From Eledone cirrhosa (Eukaryota): a DNA stretch of 64,000 nucleotides. Positions 26,524 to 42,000 of this stretch are shown piece by piece. A model generated the notes under the pieces. That model saw only the letters and a list, made by a program, of their open reading frames with translations. It was not told the DNA's origin and did not search any database. The DNA lies in assembly GCA_964016885.1 (NCBI GenBank), contig OZ024740.1, positions 425,258,001-425,322,000 of the forward strand, given 5' to 3'. Position 1 is the stretch's first letter. Each line of letters begins with the position of its first letter. The translations under genes and the position numbers were made by a program.

Positions 26524-29500
26524 TTTTCTTTATTAACCACAAGGGTTTACATAAAGTAGACATTAAGGACAGTACAGGATAATACAGGGCGGTCCAAATG
26601 GGCATTTCTGCGTGTAAAAAACAAGAAACAGAGGATGTAATAATAGAACAATGAAAAAATTCCCCAATAGGGGAGACTTCCGAGGGACATTCGTGGAGAA
26701 AGCCCATTAAAAAGCCACAGTGACCCTGACCACCAGGGCAAGTGCCCTTTCCCAGTTTTCCACCTTTAATTTACAGACACATACTCAGAGTAGGCCCATT
26801 CACTCGGGCCATTCTTGCCTCTCTCACCCATCTTTCAACAAAATGCTGGGAAGAGAGCACTTCCCTTTCTACCCTGATTTTCCTTTTCAAATGAAATTTG
26901 AAAAAATTAATCAGGGCATCACCGAAAAGGTAAGTGCTCGTCTTCAGCCCTTTCAAACGTGTCCACCATACTATCTCTTTCGCCATGGCCACCAGACATA
27001 AAAACTGCCTGCCCTTCCCGGCTAAAGGAAGAGGGCGGGGCAATCCTCACGAGGGACTCAGCTGATAGCCGGATCCGTCCTACACGCGACAGCAGGTGTT
27101 CGACATAAACCAACAAGTCAGCAATGCTCGGACATTGGACGAGTGCGTGCAGGACGGTTTCGTCGCTCTTCGCGCACCTCAGACATGCCCGGCTGACGGC
27201 ACCTCCATGCCTGTAGAGTTTATCCCGAACTGGCAAAGCTCCTCGGTAGCACTTCCAGGCCAGGGATTTCTGGAAGTTGTCCATAGGCCCGGCCCGAAAG
27301 TTCTTCCGAAGAGATTGGCTAATTGATTTTCGTCGACGCCTAGAGTTTCCCCAAGTACGTCGTCGCTCTTCCCCTCCACTAATCCTCTATAGAACGCCAA
27401 GGTGGAGTTTCCACCGATCACATTGCCCGATTGGTCGAGGGCTGTGAGCGCCTGAAGACATTCCTGTCTCCACGCGCTCCCTCTCGGTCTTCGCTTGACC
27501 CAGGACTGCAGCTCCGTCAAGGAGAAGAGCTGGAGAAAGACGCGTCTAGCAAACGGAGACCACACCTGATCACCGTCGAGGAAGAGGTGGAGATGTCGTA
27601 CCCTGAGCGCGTGTCTGCGCATCACCAGCCACGGCATTCCCAGCCCTCTACGTAGCGGGTGTTGACAGCAGATGGACCGCCCGACCATCGGAGCCCGTCG
27701 CTTCCGCAAAAGGCGAAAGAGCAAACGCTCCAGCGCAGTCAGGCGGAGCTTAGGACAAGGTACAACGGTCAGGCGGTAGTAGATGACGGACGCGATATAC
27801 GCGTTAGCCACCTCCGCTCGACCTTTCAGGGATAGCTTCCTCTCAGCCCATTTCTGGGTGAGAGAAGCCACCCTGCTCGTCACCTCGTCCCAGTTTTTGT
27901 CCGTCTGGAGATGCGGACCGAACCAGACCCCGAGCAATTTAATTGGTCCGTCCGTCCAGCGCCCGACGACGCAATTGGACGGCATGGACGTGCCACTCCA
28001 GGTGCCGAGCTGCAGGCCCACTGACTTTTCCTGGTTGATCATTGCTCCTGTCACCGCTTCGTATTCTCTTAGTGTAGTGCCGATCGCCTCGATGTGTTTG
28101 GCGTTCGACACCACTACGGTGACATCGTCCGCATATGCTGACACGGATCTTCCGCATCCTAGTTCGCGCGGGACCCCCTCAACGTCTCCAGTTTGTGAAG
28201 TAATGGCTCGAGAGTCAATGCGTACAAGAGGGACGAGAGGGGACATCCTTGGCGGACCGAGCGCATGATGTTGAACGGTTCCGAAAGGTGACCGTTCACT
28301 CTCACCGCAGAACAGATGTCGCTGTGCATGGCAGCGATCCAGCCTCTGAAGACGGGCCCAAAGCCAGCCGCCCTCAGGACTGCCGCTACGTAATGATGGT
28401 CAACCCTATCGAAAGCTTTCGACTGATCTAAATTGATCAAGGACCCACCCGTGCCAGGTTCCCTAGCTACCCTCTCTACGATGTATCACATGAGGTGGAG
28501 GTTGTTGTGGATGTATCTGTCGAGAATGGCGCATCTCTGCGCCTCTCCCACCAGACCACCAACGACAAGCGCCAACCTCTTTGCTAGCACCTTGGCCAAA
28601 ATCTTGAACTCTGTGTTTAGCAGAGTTATGGGCCTAAAATTATTTATGTTATCCCCATTGTTCGGATCCTTTCTCAGCAGCGTCACGGCTCCTCGGCTGG
28701 GAATTCTCCCGTTCTGTTGCCAGTTGCAGTAGACGTCCGCCAAGAGGCCTCCGAACAAATCTGGCATCTGTACGTAAAGTTCATAGGGCAGACCACCAAA
28801 CCAGGCGATTTACCCCTTGTGCAGCTAGCCATTGCCTCCCGTACTTCAGCGGCTGTTATCGGCTTTTCGCAACACTCCACCTCTGTGGCCGAGAGTCGCA
28901 GCAGTCCGTCGAGGTAGACATTAAAGTCCACCACTCGATCCGGCCCGCCGCTGCCCCCGAACAACTGAGCGAAGTGTCGCTGAAAAGCTTCACACATTTG
29001 ACCGGCATCGAGTAGCATGCGCCCGTCGTGGTCCACCAAAGACCGGATTGTGGCTTTGTTGCCACGACGCGCCTCCGCCTCTCGGGCCCATTGAACGGCT
29101 TTCGTCCCCTCGTGTCTGAGAGCGCGCACCCTAGCTCTGACAACGCATCCTTCGTGCTTTACATTGAAGAATTGGTCAAGGGCCAATTTCGCCGCAAGTA
29201 CGTCGGTCGCGATGCCTTTGCTAAGCGCCTCATCTAATTTTCTAACTAATTCTCCCTCTGCTCTATTTTTCTCTATTGCTAGAGCCTTACTAAACCTAAT
29301 GGACTCTATTCTAATCGCTTTTTTCAGAGCAAACCACCACTTGTTGTTGACGATGTCCCCCGTCAACGCCCGCTTAACTAGTTCGCTAATACGGTCTCTT
29401 TAGGCCTTGCGCGCTGGTAAGAACGCGTTTAGCTTCCAGTAGCCGGGTCCTCGTCTATGAAGCCTATCTAAGTCAAGCACACAGATCACGAATTTGTGGT

Positions 29501-32488
29501 CCGTGTAGCTGACTATCTTGAATTGTGGACAGCCTATACTAGACCTATCTATTTCCCTACAAAATACTCTATCTAGATATGATCTGGATGACCCTATGCG
29601 ATTTGTCCAAGTCCAGATTGGCACATTCGGGAAATCCAATCGGTACCTGTCAGACAGTTCAAAACGCCTGAGCAGGTTGGTGAGACTCTTGCACCCTCCT
29701 CCCCTATCCACTAATCCCACACAGTCCCAGCATGCATCTAAGATCCCGTTCCAGTCGCCCACTAACAATAAAGAGCGGGACGTTCCAAGAAAGGTCTCCA
29801 GGTGCCGGAAGAAATCAGGCCGCACTGCTCCTGTCGGGGCATAGACGGCCACTAGCTTGAAATCTTGCCCGTCTCCGCTGGTCACGTCCAGGACCACCAA
29901 CTTACCTTCTGGGTCCAGGAAGATGGCCCGTATGGCAAGATCCATACCTCTCCGAAAAAGCACAGCAACTCCACCCCCCGATCCAGGACGGCTGGGAGAT
30001 GCGTACACATCGTAGCCGCCGAAGATCGGTGCGAAGGCCCGTGCTTCGGAGATTCTGGTCTCGCTGATGGCCACTACATCTATGTTTAGTGAACTGAGGT
30101 CGTTGAGCAGGTGGCCCTGCTTCCATGACGACCCCAAGCCACGCGCATTTATGCTGCCTATTTTGAGTGAGGTCATGTTGAAATGGAGTGGAAAAGATGG
30201 GAAAGACCACTTACCTTACTTCTCGTAGAGGAAGGACGGTTTCTCCATCCTTTTCACTGTTTGTGGCCTCCTCAGGAAGGATGTCTTTATAAATCCTCCT
30301 GGGGAGTGCTTGTCGGAAGTCTCCGATGTCTTTGGGGAATTTTTGTTTTAGTGTCATGTACGTTTTCTGTGTCATGCGAGTGATTTGTATGTGAGGAGGT
30401 GGTGTGAACTTTTGGCTTGTTGTGTAGTCTTTTTCTGTTGTGTTGGATGTAGTGTAATAATTGGTTGTTGTTCAAATTTAATTGTTTCTACTTTAGGCAC
30501 AAGGCCAGCAATTACCCAGTGCACTACTGGTACTTTATTTTATCGACTCCGTAAGGATGAAAGGCAAAGTCAACCTCGGCGGGATTCAAATTTAATGCTG
30601 TGTAGTGTGTATCGTTTTGGTTGTTTTGTTTTGTTTGCGTTTGTTGTGGGTTTGTTTCTGTTTCGCTTTTTGGTGACTTTTGTGGTGTAGGTCATGGTGG
30701 TGTTGGGGTTAATGATGGTGATGGTGTTGGTGTTTGGGGTGATGGGGTTGGTGATGCTGGTGTAGATGGTGGCATATCTGTCCTAACTTTTTTGTTTGAT
30801 AATTTGTTTCCCTCTGTTTTTGGAGGGGGAAGGAAGAGAATTTTTTCTTTTGGGGTTCCTTTTTTTCTTTTTTTCCTGATACCGTTTCCCACTCCTCGTC
30901 GTCACAATCTGTCTCCAGTTGTGACAGGCCGGGGAGTGGAAAATCTTCCACAGGCGTTAGTTTTGGTTGTGGCGTGGTGGATGGTGTAGGCGCTGGTGCT
31001 AGTTCTGGCGCGTTGGGTGGTGCTGGTGTTGGTTTTGCTACTGTTGCTGGGGTTGTTGCTGTTACAGTTGCTTCTGTTGTTGCTGCTACAGTTGTTGCTT
31101 CCATCTCTGCTGCTGGTGGTGTTGATGGTTGAATCACTGGGGTGCGTAGGAGAGGTGGCCTCAACCTTTTAGCCTGAGGGCAGAAAGCCCTTAGGTGGGT
31201 TCCTTCACCACAAACGACACACCTAGGCCTTCTGCCCCCGACAATTACGGTGAGGTGGCTGCCGTTAGTGAGGTCTATTACCTCTGGGACCTCCTCAATG
31301 CTTTTTTGGTACGCTTGGATCAGGAGCTCCATCCTAGATCCGGACCAGTTCTCCTGCTTTTCTTTCGCTATTTCGATTATCTTGGTGTTGGCTTCGATGC
31401 CGGCGAGGACGGCAGCTATTAGCCAGGGAATTTCGATGGCCGGTGGAACGTGGGTGACCCTGATCTTTACCAGTCTCTGGCCACAACAGCTTGGGACGAG
31501 TGTTTAGTCGTCACTTCTTAATGTGGCCATGTAGTGTTCTCTAGCCTCCTGTAGTGTTTCAAAGAACACGTCCACGGTTCCATACTTCTGCCCACGTCTG
31601 ATGTGGGGTTTTTGTGCCCACACATGTCCAAAAGCTTTTTTGATTTGGGATTCGGATGCCCGTTCCACTCGGCGCGATTTTATGTTAATTGTCCGATAAG
31701 ACACGGTGCATAGGCGCCGATGCTCCATTTTATTAGGTGGGGGTGGGGGGAGGCTGACCCTGTACCCATCTTTCTTTACCATTTTTTTGGCTTCTTCTAA
31801 TTCCTCCTGAGTTACCTGAAATGCTTCGCACTGTTTTGCTACTCTGGCAAAACTCAGAGTGGTTTTCTTAATGTCATTGTTGCTGTTGTTGTTATCGTTA
31901 TTTTTGTTATTATTAATTTTAGTTTCAGTTGTGGTGGTGGTGGCGTCAGTGGTGTTCGGTGTGGAAGAGTTCATTTTGGTTGAATTCATTTCGATATCAC
32001 GAGTTAATTTATTTTTTTCTTTTGTTTCTGTTGTCGCGGTGGTGGTGGGGGTGGTGGTTGTCGCGGTGGTGGTGGTTGTCGCGGTGGTGGTGCTGGTGGT
32101 GGCGGCTTTAACACCTGCAGTCATTGGTAATGGCGGGAAATGAATGTCTGTCTGAGACTTTAAAATATTGCTACTGCTTATATTTTTAGTGTTGGCAAAC
32201 GTAGTAATATTTACAATGGTGGTGTCGGTGTGAGGTGTTAGTTTGTGAGAAAGGAGTGACTCTGAGTCAGCCATGATGTTTCAAAGAGAAATTTATGTTT
32301 GATAATTATAAAAGTTTAAATTTTTGGCTCAAGGCCCCAATCTTTTTTGGTGTCCTTTTCAGATAACAATGTATGTGCACTTATATACAGTTAACAATAC
32401 AAATTTTCCTTGAATGGCAATTTTAAACAACTGAAAATAACAAACCTTTGCGGAGCTCACGATGATACGATTTACTACGTAGGTCGCC
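26523..32488 (-). mobile_element. Tx1-clade LINE #2, full length, degenerate, inserted in (ATT)n
   Basis: ORF1 pieces 31504..32274 and 30709..31332 (CVVCGEGTHLRAFC); ORF2 from 30176 (SINARGL, GDWN, YLDRVF, TDHKFV, DQSKAFD, YADDV) to 26771; 3' end CCCTTGTGGTTAATAAAGAAAAC; AAT repeats at 26491-26522 and 32489-32517. Confidence 0.92.
30483..30584 (-). mobile_element. 5'-truncated SINE family A inserted in Tx1 #2 ORF1, 12-bp TSD
   Basis: TSD TTCAAATTTAAT at 30471-30482 and 30585-30596. Confidence 0.9.
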
Positions 32489-32519
<31 letters not shown>

Positions 32520-32690
32520 GTTTCTGATTTAAGCACAAGGCCAACAATTTACGGGGAGGGGAAAGTCAACTAAATCAACCCCAGTACCTTACTGGTACTT
32601 TATTTTATCGACTCCGTAACGATGAAAGTTAACCTCGGCGGGATTTGAATTTAGAACATAAAGGGATGTAACTATTAGCCGCAAAGCTCA
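32489..32690 (-). mobile_element. SINE family A (long variant) whose (ATT)n tail abuts the Tx1 #2 5' end
   Basis: Core and tail motifs on the reverse strand. Confidence 0.8.
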
Positions 32691-32749
32691 GTCTGTGCCA
32701 AACTACAATTAAACGATAAGAAAAACATTAACTACTACATCAAATACTA

Positions 32750-33083
32750 TTTCTACAGTAGAACATTTTATGACGTTTGAAAGTCGAAATCTAGCGACGA
32801 AGTGATATAAATGACTCTTATCCATAACTTGAAGAAAGAATTAGACAATACTCTCTAACTGCTCAAACCGTTACATGAATTAATTTCATATCTTACATAC
32901 TTGGCCGATACACCAACACCCCAAGGACCATTGAACTCTCTCTCACCTCTAAAAATCATCCTCTGCCTAACCATTACGGTCAGTGCACATATCGGATCGT
33001 CTAATCACTTCCCTATCATCACTACACATTACAAATCCTCATACGATATAACGGATCTCACCAGAATCTATTTCATTTCAGCC
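32750..33083 (+). pseudogene. Highly decayed LINE ORF2, endonuclease C-terminus (Jockey/CR1-group-like)
   Basis: HIGSSNHFPII resembles the APE xLGSSDHxxI motif; followed (with a frameshift) by R..FHFS just before the satellite. Confidence 0.4.
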
Positions 33084-36000
33084 CTTTACCATTTACATTA
33101 CTCTATACTTACTGTTGTATTTTCATGGTAAATACTTTACCTCACATAATATTTACATTACTCTATATTTACTGTTGTATTTTCATGGTAAAGGCTTTAC
33201 CTCACAACATTTACATTACTCTATATTTACTGTTGTATTTTCATGGTAAATACTTTACCTCACATACCATTTACATTACTCTATATTTACTGTTGTATTT
33301 TCATGGTAAAGGCTTTACCTCACATAACATTTACATTACTCTATATTTACTGTTGTATTTTCATGGTAAAGGCTTTACCTCACATAACATTTACATTACT
33401 CTATATTTACTGTTGTATTTTCATGGTAAAGGCTTTACCTCACATAACGTTTACATTACTCTATATTTACTGTTGTATTTTCATGGTAAAGGCTTTACCT
33501 CACATAACATTTACATTACTCTATATTTACTGTTGTATTTTCATGGTAAAGGCTTTACCTCACAACATTTACATTACTCTATATTTACTGTTGTATTTTC
33601 ATGGTAAAGGCTTTACCTCACATAACATTTACATTACTCTATATTTACTGTTGTATTTTCATCGGAAATACTTTACCTCACGTACCATTTACATTATTCT
33701 ATATTTACTGTTGTATTTTCATGGTAAATACTTTACCTCACATACCATTTACATTACTCTATATTTACTGTTGTATTTTCATGGTAAATACTTTACCTCA
33801 CATAACATTTACATTACTCTATATTTATTGTTGTATTTTCATGGTAAATACTTTACCTCCCATAACATTTATATTACTCTATATTTACTGTTGTATTTTC
33901 ATGGTAAATACTTTACTTCACATAACATTTACATTACTCTATATTTACTGTTGTATTTTCATGGTAAAAGCTTTACCTCACATAACATTTACATTACTCT
34001 ATCTTTACCGTTGTATTTTCATGGTAAAGGCTTTAGCTCACATAACATTTACATTACTCTATATTTACTGTTGTATTTTCATGGTAAAAGCTTTACCCCA
34101 CATAACATTTACATTACTCTATATTTACTGTTGTATTTTCATCGGAAATACTTTACCTCACATACCATTTACATTACTCTATATTTACTGTTGTATTTTC
34201 ATCGGAGATACGTTACCTCACATACCACTTATATTACTCTATATTTACTGTTGTATTTTCATGGTAAAAGCTTTACCTCACATAACATTTACATTACTCT
34301 ATATTTACCGTTGTATTTTCATGGTAAAGGCTTTACCTCACATAACATTTACATTACTCTATATTTACTGTTGTATTTTCATGGTAAAAGCTTTACCTCA
34401 CATAACATTTACATTACTCTATATTTACCGTTGTATTTTCATGTTAAAGGCTTTACCTCACATAACATTTACATTACTCTATATTTACTGTTGTATTTTC
34501 ATGGTAAAAGCTTTACCTCACATAACATTTACATTACTCTATATTTACTGTTGTATTTTCATCGGAAATACTTTACCTCACATACCATTTACATTACTCT
34601 ATATTTACTGTTGTATTTTCATGGTAAACACTTTACCTCACATACCACTTACATTACTCTATATTTACTGTTGTATTTTCATGGTAAAAGCTTTACCTCA
34701 CATAACATTTACATTACTCAATATTTACCGTTGTATTTTCATGGTAAAGGCTTTACCTCACATAACATTTACATTACTCTATATTTACTGATGTATTTTC
34801 ATGGTAAAAGCTTTACCTCACATAACATTTACATTACTCTATATTTACTGTTGTATTTTCATTGGAAATACTTTACCTCACATACCATTTACATTACTCT
34901 ATATTTACTGTTGTATTTTCATCGGAGATACTTTACCTCACATACCATTTACATTACTCTATATTTACTGTTGTATTTTCATGGTAAAAGCTTTACCTCA
35001 CATAACATTTACATTACTCTATATTTACCGTTGTATTTTCATGGTAAAGGCTTTACCTCACATAACATTTACATTACTCTATATTTACTGTTGTATTTTC
35101 ATCGGAAATACTTTACCTCACATACCATTTACATTACTCTATATTTACTGTTGTATTTTCATGGTAAATACTTTACCTCACATAACATTTACATTACTCT
35201 ATATTTACTGTTGTATTTTCATCGGAAACACTTTACCTCACATACCATTTACATTACTCTATATTACTGTTGTATTTTCCTGGTAAATACTTTACCGCAC
35301 ATTACATTTACATTACTCTATATTTACTGTTGTATTTTCATGGTAAATACTTTACCTCACATAATATTTACTGTTGTATTTTCATGGCAAAAGCTTTACC
35401 TCACATAACATTTACATTACTCTATATTTACTGTTGTATTTTCATGGTAAAAGCTACCTCACATAACATTTACATTACTCTATATTTACTGTTGTATTTT
35501 CATGGTAAAGGCTTTACCTCACATAACATCTACATTACTATATATTTACTGTTGTATTTTCATCGGAAATACTTTACCTCACATACCATTTACATTACTC
35601 TATATTTACTGTTGTACTTTCATGGTAAATACTTTACCTCACATAACATTTACATTACTCTATATTTACTGTTGTATTTTCATGGTAAATACTTTACCTC
35701 ACATAACATTTACATTACTCTATATTTACTGTTGTATTTTCATGCTAAACACTTTACCTCACATAACATTTACATTACTCTATATTTACTGTTGTATTTT
35801 CATGTTAAATACTTTACCTCACATAACATTTACATTACTCTATATTTACTGTTGTATTTTCATGGTAAAAGCTACCTCACATAACATTTACATTACTCTA
35901 TATTTACTGTTGTATTTTCATGGTAAACACTTTACTTCACATAGCATATTACATTACTCTATATTTACTGTTGTATTTTCATGGTAAATACTTTACCTCA

Positions 36001-39000
36001 CATAACATTTACATTACTCTATATTTACTGTTGTATTTTCATGGTAAATACTTTACCTCACATAATATTTACATTACTCTATATTTACTGTTGTATTTTT
36101 ATGGTAAAAGCTTTACCTCACATAGCATTTACATTACTCTATATTTACCGTTGTATTTTCATGGTAAAGGCTTTAGCTCACATAACATTTACATTACTCT
36201 ATATTTACTGTTGTATTTTCATGGTAAAAGCTTTACCCCACATAACATTTACATTACTCTATATTTACTGTTGTATTTTCATCGGAAATACTTTACCTCA
36301 CATACCATTTACATTACTCTATATTTACTGTTGTATTTTCATCGGAGATACTTTACCTCACATACCACTTACATTACTCTATATTTACTGTTGTATTTTC
36401 ATGGTAAAAGCTTTACCTCACATAACATTTACATTACTCTATATTTACCGTTGTATTTTCATGGTAAAGGCTTTACCTCACATAACATTTACATTACTCT
36501 ATATTTACTGTTGTATTTTCATGGTAAAAGCTTTACCTCACATAACATTTACATTACTCTATATTTACCGTTGTATTTTCATGTTAAAGGCTTTACCTCA
36601 CATAACATTTACATTACTCTATATTTACTGTTGTATTTTCATGGTAAAAGCTTTACCTCACATAACATTTACATTACTCTATATTTACTGTTGTATTTTC
36701 ATCGGAAATACTTTACCTCACATACCATTTACATTACTCTATATTTACTGTTGTATTTTCATGGTAAACACTTTACCTCACATACCACTTACATTACTCT
36801 ATATTTACTGTTGTATTTTCATGGTAAAAGCTTTACCTCACATAACATTTACATTACTCTATATTTACCGTTGTATTTTCATGGTAAAGGCTTTACCTCA
36901 CATAACATTTACATTACTCTATATTTACTGATGTATTTTCATGGTAAAAGCTTTACCTCACATAACATTTACATTACTCTATATTTACTGTTGTATTTTC
37001 ATCGGAAATACTTTACCTCACATACCATTTACATTACTCTATATTTACTGTTGTATTTTCATCGGAGATACTTTACCTCACATAACATTTACATTACTCT
37101 ATATTTACCGTTGTATTTTCATGGTAAAGGCTTTACCTCACATAACATTTACATTACTCTATATTTACTGTTGTATTTTCATCGGAAATACTTTACCTCA
37201 CATACCATTTACATTACTCTATATTTACTGTTGTATTTTCATGGTAAATACTTTACCTCACATAACATTTACATTACTCTATATTTACTGTTGTATTTTC
37301 ATCGGAAACACTTTACCTCACATACCATTTACATTACTCTATATTACTGTTGTATTTTCATGGTAAATACTTTACCGCACATTACATTTACATTACTCTA
37401 TATTTACTGTTGTATTTTCATGGTAAATACTTTACCTCACATAATATTTACTGTTGTATTTTCATGGCAAAAGCTTTACCTCACATAACATTTACATTAC
37501 TCTATATTTACTGTTGTATTTTCATGGTAAAGGCTTTACCTCACATAACATCTACATTACTATATATTTACTGTTGTATTTTCATCGGAAATACTTTACC
37601 TCACATACCATTTACATTACTCTATATTTACTGTTGTACTTTCATGGTAAATACTTTACCTCACATAACATTTACATTACTCTATATTTACTGTTGTATT
37701 TTCATGGTAAATACTTTACCTCACATAACATTTACATTACTCTATATTTACTGTTGTATTTTCATGGTAAACACTTTACCTCACATAACATTTACATTAC
37801 TCTATATTTACTGTTGTATTTTCATGTTAAATACTTTACCTCACATAACATTTACATTACTCTATATTTACTGTTGTATTTTCATGGTAAAAGCTACCTC
37901 ACATAACATTTACATTACTCTATATTTACTGTTGTATTTTCATGGTAAACACTTTACTTCACATAGCATATTACATTACTCTATATTTACTGTTGTATTT
38001 TCATGGTAAATACTTTACCTCACATAACATTTACATTACTCTATATTTACTGTTGTATTTTCATGGTAAATACTTTACCTCACATAATATTTACATTACT
38101 CTATATTTACTGTTGTATTTTTATGGTAAAAGCTTTACCTCACATAGCATTTACATTACTCTATATTTACTGTTGTATTTTCATCGGAAATACTTTACCT
38201 CACATACCATTTACATTACTCTATATTTACTGTTGTATTTTCATCGGAAATACTTTACCTCATATACCATTTACATTACTCTATATTTACTGTTGTATTT
38301 TCATGGTAAATACTTTACCTCACATAACATTTACATTACTCTATATTTACTGTTGTATTTTCATGGTAAATACTTTACCTCACAAGATTTACATTACTCT
38401 ATATTTACTGTTGTATTTTTATGGTAAAAGCTTTACCTCACATAGCATTTACATTACTCTATATTTACCGTTGTATTTTCATGGTAAAGGCTTTAGCTCA
38501 CATAACATTTACATTACTCTATATTTACTGTTGTATTTTCATGGTAAAAGCTTTACCCCACATAACATTTACATTACTCTATATTTACTGTTGTATTTTC
38601 ATCGGAAATACTTTACCTCACATACCATTTACATTACTCTATATTTACTGTTGTATTTTCATCGGAGATACTTTACCTCACATACCACTTACATTACTCT
38701 ATATTTACTGTTGTATTTTCATGGTAAAAGCTTTACCTCACATAACATTTACATTACTCTATATTTACCGTTGTATTTTCATGGTAAAGGCTTTACCTCA
38801 CATAACATTTACATTACTCTATATTTACTGTTGTATTTTCATGGTAAAAGCTTTACCTCACATAACATTTACATTACTCTATATTTACCGTTGTATTTTC
38901 ATGTTAAAGGCTTTACCTCACATAACATTTACATTACTCTATATTTACTGTTGTATTTTCATGGTAAAAGCTTTACCTCACATAACATTTACATTACTCT

Positions 39001-42000
39001 ATATTTACTGTTGTATTTTCATCGGAAATACTTTACCTCACATACCATTTACATTACTCTATATTTACTGTTGTATTTTCATGGTAAACACTTTACCTCA
39101 CATACCACTTACATTACTCTATATTTACTGTTGTATTTTCATGGTAAAAGCTTTACCTCACATAACATTTACATTACTCTATATTTACCGTTGTATTTTC
39201 ATGGTAAAGGCTTTACCTCACATAACATTTACATTACTCTATATTTACTGATGTATTTTCATGGTAAAAGCTTTACCTCACATAACATTTACATTACTCT
39301 ATATTTACTGTTGTATTTTCATCGGAAATACTTTACCTCACATACCATTTACATTACTCTATATTTACTGTTGTATTTTCATCGGAGATACTTTACCTCA
39401 CATAACATTTACATTACTCTATATTTACCGTTGTATTTTCATGGTAAAGGCTTTACCTCACATAACATTTACATTACTCTATATTTACTGTTGTATTTTC
39501 ATCGGAAATACTTTACCTCACATACCATTTACATTACTCTATATTTACTGTTGTATTTTCATGGTAAATACTTTACCTCACATAACATTTACATTACTCT
39601 ATATTTACTGTTGTATTTTCATCGGAAACACTTTACCTCACATACCATTTACATTACTTTATATTACTGTTGTATTTTCATGGTAAATACTTTACCGCAC
39701 ATTACATTTACATTACTCTATATTTACTGTTGTATTTTCATGGTAAATACTTTACCTCACATAATATTTACTGTTGTATTTTCATGGCAAAAGCTTTACC
39801 TCACATAACATTTACATTACTCTATATTTACTGTTGTATTTTCATGGTAAAACCTACCTCACATAACATTTACATTACTCTATATTTACTGTTGTATTTT
39901 CATGGTAAAGGCTTTACCTCACATAACATCTACATTACTATATATTTACTGTTGTATTTTCATCGGAAATACTTTACCTCACATACCATTTACATTACTC
40001 TATATTTACTGTTGTACTTTCATGGTAAATACTTTACCTCACATAACATTTACATTACTCTATATTTACTGTTGTATTTTCATGGTAAATACTTTACCTC
40101 ACATAACATTTACATTACTCTATATTTACTGTTGTATTTTCATGGTAAACACTTTACCTCACATAACATTTACATTACTCTATATTTACTGTTGTATTTT
40201 CATGTTAAATACTTTACCTCACATAACATTTACATTACTCTATATTTACTGTTGTATTTTCATGGTAAAAGCTACCTCACATAACATTTACATTACTCTA
40301 TATTTACTGTTGTATTTTCATGGTAAACACTTTACTTCACATAGCATATTACATTACTCTATATTTACTGTTGTATTTTCATGGTAAATACTTTACCTCA
40401 CATAACATTTACATTACTCTATATTTACTGTTGTATTTTCATGGTAAATACTTTACCTCACATAATATTTACATTACTCTATATTTACTGTTGTATTTTT
40501 ATGGTAAAAGCTTTACCTCACATAGCATTTACATTACTCTATATTTACTGTTGTATTTTCATCGGAAATACTTTACCTCACATACCATTTACATTACTCT
40601 ATATTTACTGTTGTATTTTCATCGGAAATACTTTACCTCATATACCATTTACATTACTCTATATTTACTGTTGTATTTTCATGGTAAATACTTTACCTCA
40701 CATAACATTTACATTACTCTATATTTACTGTTGTATTTTCATGGTAAATACTTTACCTCACAAGATTTACATTACTCTATATTTACTGTTGTATTTTCAT
40801 GGTAAAAGCTTTACCTCATATAACATTTACATTACTCTATATTCACTGTTATATTTTCATGGTAAATACTTTACCTCACATACCATTTACATTACTCTAT
40901 ATTTACTGTTGTATTTTTATGGTAAATACTTTACCTCACATACCATTTACATTACTCTATATTTACTGTTGTATTTTCATGGTAAAAGCTTTACCTCACA
41001 TACCATTTACATTACTCTATATTTACTGTTGTATTTTCATGGTAAATGCTACCTCACATAACATTTACATTACTCTATATTTACTGTTGTATTTTCATGG
41101 TAAATACTTTACCTCACATACCATATTACATTACTCTATATTTAATGTTGTATTTTCATGGTAAAAGCTTTACCTCACATACCATTTACATTACTCTATA
41201 TATACTGTTGTATTTTCATGGTAAAGGCTTTACCTCACATAACATTTACATTACTCTATATTTACTGTTGTATTTTCATGGTAAAGGCTTTACCTCACAT
41301 AACATTTACATTACTCTATATTTACTGTTGTATTTTCATGGTAAAGGCTTTACCTCACATAACGTTTACATTACTCTATATTTACTGTTGTATTTTCATG
41401 GTAAAGGCTTTACCTCACATAACATTTACATTACTCTATATTTACTGTTGTATTTTCATGGTAAAGGCTTTACCTCACAACATTTACATTACTCTATATT
41501 TACTGTTGTATTTTCATGGTAAAGGCTTTACCTCACATAACATTTACATTACTCTATATTTACTGTTGTATTTTCATCGGAAATACTTTACCTCACGTAC
41601 CATTTACATTATTCTATATTTACTGTTGTATTTTCATGGTAAATACTTTACCTCACATACCATTTACATTACTCTATATTTACTGTTGTATTTTCATGGT
41701 AAATACTTTACCTCACATAACATTTACATTACTCTATATTTATTGTTGTATTTTCATGGTAAATACTTTACCTCCCATAACATTTATATTACTCTATATT
41801 TACTGTTGTATTTTCATGGTAAATACTTTACTTCACATAACATTTACATTACTCTATATTTACTGTTGTATTTTCATGGTAAAAGCTTTACCTCACATAA
41901 CATTTACATTACTCTATCTTTACCGTTGTATTTTCATGGTAAAGGCTTTAGCTCACATAACATTTACATTACTCTATATTTACTGTTGTATTTTCATGGT

